From Octopus sinensis (lineage: Eukaryota): a stretch of 29,110 nt of DNA. The position numbers were made by a program, and so were the translations under genes. The stretch is taken from assembly GCF_006345805.1 (NCBI RefSeq), contig NW_021833214.1, forward strand, positions 1-29,110, written 5' to 3'. The notes beneath the pieces are model-generated. The model saw nothing but the letters and a program-made list of their open reading frames with translations. It was not told the origin of the DNA and did no database searches. Shown here piece by piece: positions 22,200 to 29,110 of this stretch; the first letter of the stretch is position 1, and the number at the start of each line of letters is the position of its first letter.

Positions 22200-22411
22200 T
22201 TTGGAGCGTCTTGGAGTTGTGACCAACGTGTCTACAGCTCGGTTCTTCAGAAGCTGGGGTGGGACGGGCAAGAACGCCGCCAACTTCCAGATTCTCTTCA
22301 GTGGTTTGGCGTCTGGAATCCTCTCACCGTTGGTGGTGGTGGTTGTGGTTGTGGTGGTGGGGAGCCTTACGAGCGAAATATGAAACAGGAACAGCAAAAA
22401 AAAAAAAAACG
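22200..22411 (+). CDS. Candidate exon in a GC-rich unique island; frame and strand uncertain
   Basis: ctgttag|ttt acceptor and acg|gtaagg donor bound an open frame (FGASWSCDQRVY...KKKK). Another plus frame and a minus frame are also open, and the minus strand has a strong acceptor near 22365. Confidence 0.2.
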
Positions 22412-22730
22412 GTAAGGAGTGAAATGGCGAGAACAACTACACGCAGCAAGGACAAATAACAATATCAACAACAATAACAACAACAACATCAACAACAGCA
22501 ACAACAGCGATGATGATTTCAAATTTTGGCACAAAGCCAGCAATTTAGAAGCGGAGTAAGTTGATGACATCGATCGACTCCGAAAGCAGAGAATATAATA
22601 GAATTCTTAATATTTTACTCGGAGATGAGAACAACTTCACAAAGACTTAAAAGGGTGACCCTAAGCTACTAAGACTAAAATTAAATTAAATTAAAATTAC
22701 AGCAATAAATGCGTTACTTTCCACTCAATG

Positions 22731-22858
22731 ACCAACCACATGGTTCCGGGTTCAGTCCCACTGCGTGGAACTTTGGGCAAGTGCATTTTACTATAGCCTT
22801 GGGACAACCAAATTCTTGTGAGAGGATTTGGTAGACGGAAACTAGAAGAAGCTTCTCA
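22731..22858 (+). mobile_element. SINE family B, 5' half
   Basis: ccaaccacatggttccgggttcagtcccactgcgtgg..ttgggcaagtg..ggatttggtagacggaaact.gaagaagc, ending in TA/CA. Confidence 0.88.
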
Positions 22859-22863
22859 TATAT

Positions 22864-22919
<56 letters not shown>

Positions 22920-23243
22920 CCTTCGAACAGTTATAATGGACACAGGTTTGTGTGTCACATAGCTAGCTAGAGGCGATGGCCTCTTGGAGATAATCAACGG
23001 CAGCATTCGTCCTATTTTTCTGGACTGCCATGTTAGCTTGGCGATAACTATTAATAATAATGATAATGTAACTCCGTTATCAGACATAAAAGTAAACAGA
23101 ACGAATAGAAAACATTCATTACACCGATATACAACAAAGATTGAAACAAATACAACACCTACATGGAGATAATGAATGTTCTCATAACTACGTCAGACCA
23201 TTGCTTAGAAGAGCGTTAAGAGTCTCAGCCACCAGCTACGCAC

Positions 23244-23398
23244 GAGGAGTAGGCATAGCCGTGAGGTAAAAAGCTTGCTTTCCAACCATATGCTTCTGGG
23301 TTCAGTCCCACTGCGTGTCACTTTGGGTAAGTGTCTTCTACTATAGTCTCAAACATTTTGAGTGGATTTGGTTGACAGAAACTGAAAGAAGCCTGTTA
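23244..23398 (+). mobile_element. SINE family B, 5' half
   Basis: Head gtaggcatagccgtgaggtaaaaagcttgct..gggttcagtcccactgcgtg, core, gaaactgaaagaagcc, ending in TA. Confidence 0.88.
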
Positions 23399-23614
23399 TA
23401 TATCTATATAGATAGATAGATATATGCATATTGTGTTTTTAAATACAGCTTGCTTACACGAGATATTATCTGCAGACCAATATACACACACATGCGTATA
23501 CACATGCACACTCATATGTATATAGCAAATATATATGTTATTTTCTCTCTCTCACTCTCTCTCAATATATATATACATATATATATATATACTATATATA
23601 TATATACATATATA

Positions 23615-23697
<83 letters not shown>

Positions 23698-23907
23698 ATA
23701 AATATATGAAAGAATGGAGCTGAACGGCGAATTAACAAAATTCCTTTTTTTCGAAATGTGTTTCGAAGGCTGCATATTCCTAATTGCGAAGGAATAAGGA
23801 GTACATTATGCCGCTTTCTGATGTGAATTTGCTACCCAGGTATCGTTTAATTCGAATTATCCTTAATAAGATAATTCATTCAACTACTCAAATATATATA
23901 TATATAT

Positions 23908-24092
23908 GGAGAGATTACGAAAAAAACAACAAAAGACGAAGACAGGTGGTGTACAAAACAAACAGATGTATTAGTATAACGCTCGGGAATAGAAAAAGTC
24001 TTTTACGTTTCGAGCCTACGCTCTTCTACAGAAAGGGACACGGAAAAAACAAGGAGAGAAAAAATGTGTGTAGTGGCTAACGATCTATCATG
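23908..24092 (-). mobile_element. HHR-bearing repeat unit 1 (PLE-LTR/retrozyme-like)
   Basis: Near-identical to 24120-24298; carries a minimal HHR motif at 23998-24039. Confidence 0.75.
23998..24039 (-). ncRNA. Minimal type I hammerhead motif, variant core (copy 1)
   Basis: GUCCCUUU-CUGUAGA-A-GAGC(GUAG)GCUC-GAAAC-GUA-AAAGAC. Stem III is the ACGU palindrome; A6 is replaced by U. Confidence 0.6.
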
Positions 24093-24119
24093 ATTATATA
24101 TATATATATATATATATAT

Positions 24120-24298
24120 GGAGAGATTACGAAAAAACAACAAAAGACGAAGACAGGTGGTGTACAAAACAAACAGATGTATTAATATAACGCTCAGGAA
24201 TAGAAAAAGTCTTTTACGTTTCGAGCCTACGCTCTTCTACAGAAAGAGACACAGAAGGAGAGAAAAAATGTAGTGGCTAACGATCTATCGTGGCGTCA
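24120..24298 (-). mobile_element. HHR-bearing repeat unit 2
   Basis: Tandem copy, start-to-start period 212 bp, (TA)n spacer. Confidence 0.75.
24209..24250 (-). ncRNA. Minimal type I hammerhead motif, variant core (copy 2)
   Basis: GUCUCUUU-CUGUAGA-A-GAGC(GUAG)GCUC-GAAAC-GUA-AAAGAC. Confidence 0.6.
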
Positions 24299-24310
24299 TA
24301 TATATATATA

Positions 24311-24358
<48 letters not shown>

Positions 24359-24379
24359 ATATATTTGTATGTATATAGT

Positions 24380-24670
24380 TGTATATGGTGTGTTATGGAG
24401 AATTTATGGAAAGGCATCGCATAGAACTCAACGGATTTGTTAAAAATGGAGAAGAGAAAATGTTAAAATTTGAAAGAATTTTAATACATGCATACGATCG
24501 TTTCAAACAGCGATATTAACATGTAAATAACATGGTAGAATAATTATTAAAAGTATGTATTAACATAATCTCTTCTCCATTTAACACTTAACATTTCTTC
24601 TCACTTTTTAACAAAATTGTTGATTTCTATGGGATTCCTTTCCATAAATTCTCATAACACCCCATATACA
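24380..24670. mobile_element. MITE with ~110-bp imperfect terminal inverted repeats
   Basis: tgtatatggtgtgttatggagaatttatggaaagg..gttaaaaa versus the reverse complement of tttttaac..cctttccataaattctcataacaccccatataca; central spacer ~60 bp. Confidence 0.75.
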
Positions 24671-24809
24671 TACAAGTATTATTTTCATATTTGCAAAGCG
24701 TACGTCAGTAAGCTACCAGCAAAATATGAAGAATCTTTATTAGAAATCGCTTTTTTGGAATCCTCCAAACTAAAGGATGAAGTATAATTCAACCTTTTTA
24801 AATATATAT

Positions 24810-24850
<41 letters not shown>

Positions 24851-25520
24851 GAGACACCGAGAGGAGGTGTAGATATATAGTCGCACAGACGGAAATATAC
24901 CAAATCGCGTTTCTGAGAGTTCTTAGGGATCAAAATCACTAACCTAAAACAATAACTAGCCTGGCAACAATGTGGCACACAAGGACGGTATTAACAACAT
25001 CAACAACAGCAATAGCAACGACACCAACGACATCTATATTCACAAGGCTACTTTGTAAAGTTCATCGACCGCGAAATCAAGGAACAATTGTCCATTGAAC
25101 TGCTCCAAGAGACAAAACGTCCATCATTATTGGCGTTGTTTATGGTTAACTACCCAAGAACAGAGCTATTACACCGTGTGTGTGTGTGTGAGTGTGTGTG
25201 TGTGTTGTGTGTGTGTGTGTGTGTGTGTGTGAGTGTGTACGCGTCTAAGTGTCTGTTTTGTTGCTATAATTATTACATCAAACAAGCAGTTGTTTCATAG
25301 ATAGTAGTCACGTGCTCGCTGTGTTTCCGGCCAAAGCAATTCTGGGAAATGACTGCATTTCATGAAAACAACGGTACTGTTACCTTCATGACACAACTGA
25401 CTGTGAGCTATTGTATGTACATAGAGTTGTGGGGACTGGTGTTGGCTGTAGGCATATATATATATATATGCATATATATGTATATGTATGTATATGTATA
25501 TATATATATATAGGGAGAGA

Positions 25521-25552
<32 letters not shown>

Positions 25553-25631
25553 TATGTGTGTGTATGGCAAATAAAAGATGGAATACATAGTTTCAAAAAG
25601 TATACTTACGTAGACAGACACACACACACAC

Positions 25632-25672
<41 letters not shown>

Positions 25673-25964
25673 TAATTAAGGGTTAATTGCAACAAGTTGC
25701 TCAAAACCACATACCGACAATATTAGAAATAGCAGCCAAAATTCATCACTATTTCCTCTACTACTAAAAAGTCTCCATAAACAAACAGAATTTGTAACCT
25801 GCATAAGGCAAAAAAGGAAGAAAATAACGAAATCCCAGCCTATGGATAAATCTACTAGGTGAAATTGATTAATTTTATTAAATTAATTATATTCCACCCT
25901 TTTTTGCATATATATATATATATATATATACATATCCATATATATATATCCGATATATGTATAT

Positions 25965-26168
25965 ATAGGCGAAAACACCTGAAGCTCCACGTACTCCGGC
26001 AGCGGGTGGTGGCGAACCCTGCTGTACTCTTTCATCATAACTTTCTCTCACCCTTTCTTCCTGAGAACTACATTAAGGATATACGTGTCTGTGGGTGCTC
26101 AGCCACTTGCATGTTAATTTCCCGATCGGATCAACTGGAACCCTCGCCGTCATAACGACGGAGTGCCA
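25965..26168 (+). mobile_element. Probable SINE 3' portion with terminal stem-loop
   Basis: GC-rich insert between TA arrays, ending in hairpin ccgtc-ataac-gacgg. Family identity is from memory; single copy in the window. Confidence 0.4.
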
Positions 26169-26190
26169 CGATATATATATATATATAATA

Positions 26191-26224
<34 letters not shown>

Positions 26225-26446
26225 CAGTACAACAATTACGATCAAGTTAGTTCCAATGAATTCACATGAATGTGTTCTAACTTAGATGCACCAAATCTTT
26301 ATGGTATTAACCATAAAATAATTTGGGGTGATTATAAACAAGAAAAATGCAACAAGAATGGATTAGTTATATATATATATTTATTTATTTATAAAAAAGA
26401 AGTTTGAAAACGCCACTATATAAGATAAATTTTAATTTTCTTAGAA

Positions 26447-26495
26447 ATTTTACATGTTTCGGTTCTTCTTGAAAAAAACGAACCTTATCAAAAAT
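26447..26495 (-). ncRNA. Decayed minimal hammerhead motif
   Basis: AUUU-UUGAUAA-GGUUC(loop)GAACC-GAAACAUGU-A-AAAU: ACAUGU palindromic stem III, core with C3U and G8A changes. Confidence 0.4.
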
Positions 26496-26539
26496 ATTTT
26501 TAAAAGTTAAGTGTAATAAAAAAGTTTATAATTGTTTCT

Positions 26540-26664
26540 TACTGGTCTCAACAGAATCAACGTGGTTGTTTTTAGCTGTCTTATGTGTCCGAATGGTCAG
26601 TGGCTGACCATTCGGACACTCAAGAGGGCTAAAAACCACCACGTGGATCTTGTTGAGACCAGTA
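26540..26664. mobile_element. Foldback/MITE-like hairpin
   Basis: 61-bp arms with 8 mismatches, 3-nt loop (tgg, 26601-03), TA at both ends. Confidence 0.75.
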
Positions 26665-26756
26665 ATATATATATTATATATATATATATATATTATATAT
26701 ATATATATATCTATAATATATATATAATATATATTGTTATATTTCGGAATGGTCAT

Positions 26757-27030
26757 TTTTCGTCTGCCTTGATGTTCTGAATTCAAATTTCGCCGAGGTT
26801 GAAATCCAAATTTGTAGCCTTGCGCATATGTTAGAGATTATTTAAAAAAAAAAAACAAGAAGAGTTCAACTGTTTGACTGTTTATTAAAATGAAAATGAA
26901 ACAAATGAACAGTGTGACTGTTTTCTTCTTGTTTCTTTACCTTCGGAGAGAGTAACTTCAATCTTGAAATATTATTATTATTATTGTTATCATTATTAAG
27001 GCAGTGAGCTCACAGAATTGTTAGCATGCA
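26757..27030 (+). mobile_element. SINE family A fragments (26757-26805 and head 26997-27030)
   Basis: ttcgtctgccttgatgttctgaattcaaatttcgccgagg and aaggcagtgagctcacagaattgttagcatgc. Confidence 0.6.
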
Positions 27031-27072
27031 CAACAAACATATAAACGTATATATTATATATATATATATATA

Positions 27073-27136
<64 letters not shown>

Positions 27137-27760
27137 TCATGTATGTTGGTGTATGCGTAGATATGTGTGTACGTAGATATGTATAATAGTTAGCTGGTGT
27201 GTTGGTAATTCTGTCTGTATGTATGTGTATGTATGTGTGCGCACATAATACTGAAGACTCCACCATCACCACCGTCGCCGCCACTTCCATCACCATCGCT
27301 ACCTCCACCGCCACCACTACCACCACACGTACCAGACTGCAGGGCTCCATCGTAAACATAAAGACCTACACTGTTCATACTTAGAAAATGGCTCCACCAC
27401 CGCCATCAGCACCATCGCCAACAACGAGAATACTCCATCAAGTCGTATGACCCGCTAGAAATAGCAACTAGAATTCCAGTCAATCACAGCCTACTAGCTT
27501 TAAAAAGGATATATTACATAATTCACTTATGGTTCTACAAAGTTTAAATAACAGGCGAAATGGTCACGATTGGAACGCCTCTCAACATAGGTGTGATTGG
27601 TCAGTGTTCACAAAAACCTCAGTTAAACAAAATCCTTTTCCTCACCAAACGAAAGATTCCTCACATCATCACTCAACATGCTAGACATAACAGTCAATTT
27701 TACGCAGCTCACCAGGAAGTAACAACGTGAATAACCAAAGCAAATGTCGATTGGTTTATT

Positions 27761-27832
27761 GGTTGGTTGGTTGGTTGGTTGGTTGGTTGGTTGGTTGGTT
27801 GGTTGGTTGGTTGGTTGTTTGGTTGGTTGGTT
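27761..27832. repeat. (GGTT)n tetranucleotide repeat
   Basis: Seen directly. Confidence 0.97.
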
Positions 27833-27965
27833 AATAGAAATCTTTCCGCTTCCATGACATGTGTCATAATTAACAAATAGCATTTATGACCATCTCTGCA
27901 TGAAAAAGGGAGATGATCTCAAGAATCAAGATCTTTCTGAAACTATTAAGGTAGAAACAGGCTTA

Positions 27966-28022
<57 letters not shown>

Positions 28023-28212
28023 ACGAAAAAAACAGTGAAATCCCTGAAGGTAGTCAGTAGATCCAGTAGTGATAATCCGGGTGGAGTGCTGGTATGTGGA
28101 CGAGAAGAGGTGCTGAAAGTTGGGGAAGTTGTCTAGATATGCAAGTCCAAAAAGTAGGAAGATCAGTCAGGGTCAAACATGGGTAACTTTGTGAGTGTAT
28201 AATATATTTTAT

Positions 28213-28350
28213 AGAAAAACCAAAAGCCGATGACAGGTGTAGGAACAGCAAGCTTGTTAGTTTGACGCTCAGGAGAAATGAAAATGTCTTTTATGTTTTG
28301 AGCCAACGCTCTTCAGCCGATAGGAATAAAAGGCAATAAACAGAGAGAGA
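28213..28350 (-). mobile_element. Diverged third copy of the HHR-bearing repeat family
   Basis: acaggtgt..gacgctcaggagaaatgaaaatgtcttttatgttttgagccaacgctcttcag aligns with acaggtgg..aacgctcaggaatagaaaaagtcttttacgtttcgagcctacgctcttctacag. Confidence 0.7.
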
Positions 28351-28373
28351 GTGAAAAAAAGGTGCAGAGTTCA

Positions 28374-28560
28374 GTGGTCGAGGACATTGAGTGAGCGGGT
28401 GATGTATACATCAATGATGAGCAACTAAAACGTCTTCGGTTCGCAGTTGATATTGTACTCATCGTTGAAACTACGGGCTGGCTACCTAAATTGAAACGCA
28501 TAAAAACAAAATATATGCAGTCGGAAGACGTAGCACAAGGCCGAATAAAGCTAGGATTAG
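28374..28560 (+). mobile_element. RTE-like LINE RT fragment
   Basis: VYINDEQLKRLRFAVDIVLIVET (cf. GE.L.HLRFADDIVLIA), then TKYM. Confidence 0.75.
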
Positions 28561-28589
28561 AAGAATATATATATATATTCTCTTCAAGA

Positions 28590-29110
28590 TGTCAGCATCC
28601 ATAACTCGGTGCCTATTCACTGTGTGCCGTATGAAGACGCGCTCCTTTATCACCTCGATTTCTTCCCCACCACCACCACTGCTATTCGGCCTCGTTCTAC
28701 GTCTTCTAACCGCATATATTTTGTTTCCATGCGGTTCATTTGCAGTGTGCAGCTCTGTCAGTATAGTGTGCAGCTGGTCTGTGGTGTCGGCGATGTGTAC
28801 AATGTCATCAGCGAATTAGAGGTGTGTTAGTTGCTCACCATTGGTGTTCAACGCATCTTGTCCAGTCAATGTCTCTCATGACCATTTCTAGACAAGCGGT
28901 AAAGAACTTCCCAATTGCAAGCCTTACTGGTGGTGATAGCAGTGCTATATCTGTTGTGCATCCAGAGTTCGCAACTGTAAGAAGTTTGATGTATTACACC
29001 TCCACACTTTGCATCTGCAAGGATTTCAACTCTGCATTCATTTCAATGATATTAAGGCTTCTTCCGTTTTTGGATTTGGTTTTGCAAGATTCTTTATATG
29101 AGTTCGTGTG
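28590..29110 (-). mobile_element. RTE-like LINE RT fragment, runs off the window edge
   Basis: KFFTACLEMVMRDIDW..NGEQLTHL*FADDIVHIADTTDQLHTILTEL; the QGD motif segment is deleted. Confidence 0.85.

Noticed and set aside
23750-23767. ttcgaaa-tgtg-tttcgaa small hairpin / HSE-like
   Set aside because: Too short and lacks context.
23908-24298. CRISPR-like direct repeats
   Set aside because: Two long units with a microsatellite spacer, eukaryotic context, no cas genes.
28805-28811. CUGAUGA on the minus strand
   Set aside because: Falls in the FADD codons of the RT; no downstream GAAA or stems.

Overview
AT-rich, extremely microsatellite-rich eukaryotic DNA with no prokaryotic features. The SINE families (tRNA head, CORE-like middle, swapped tails) match my recollection of Octopus/coleoid repeats; this is an inference, not a database result. 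Most ORFs in the track are (TA)n/(CA)n/trinucleotide artefacts and no host gene can be named. The window is mostly a TE graveyard: many tRNA-derived SINEs, a complete non-autonomous Helitron (3422-4247), mariner and maT/DD37D remnants, R4/Dong-type RLE-LINE 3' ends chained through (TAA)n tails, RTE-like RT remnants, Penelope-like (PLE) fragments and three long foldback/MITE hairpins. The most notable signal is a set of hammerhead ribozyme (HHR) motifs. One is a complete canonical type I HHR (5575-5632, +). Two are minimal HHRs in a tandem pair with a variant CUGUAGA core (23908-24298, -), retrozyme/PLE-LTR-like. Several others are decayed or atypical relatives. Two unique islands (7970-8452, 22200-22411) have exon-like signals but unidentifiable peptides. 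Irregular TA arrays suggest possible long-read errors, so single frameshifts should be treated cautiously.
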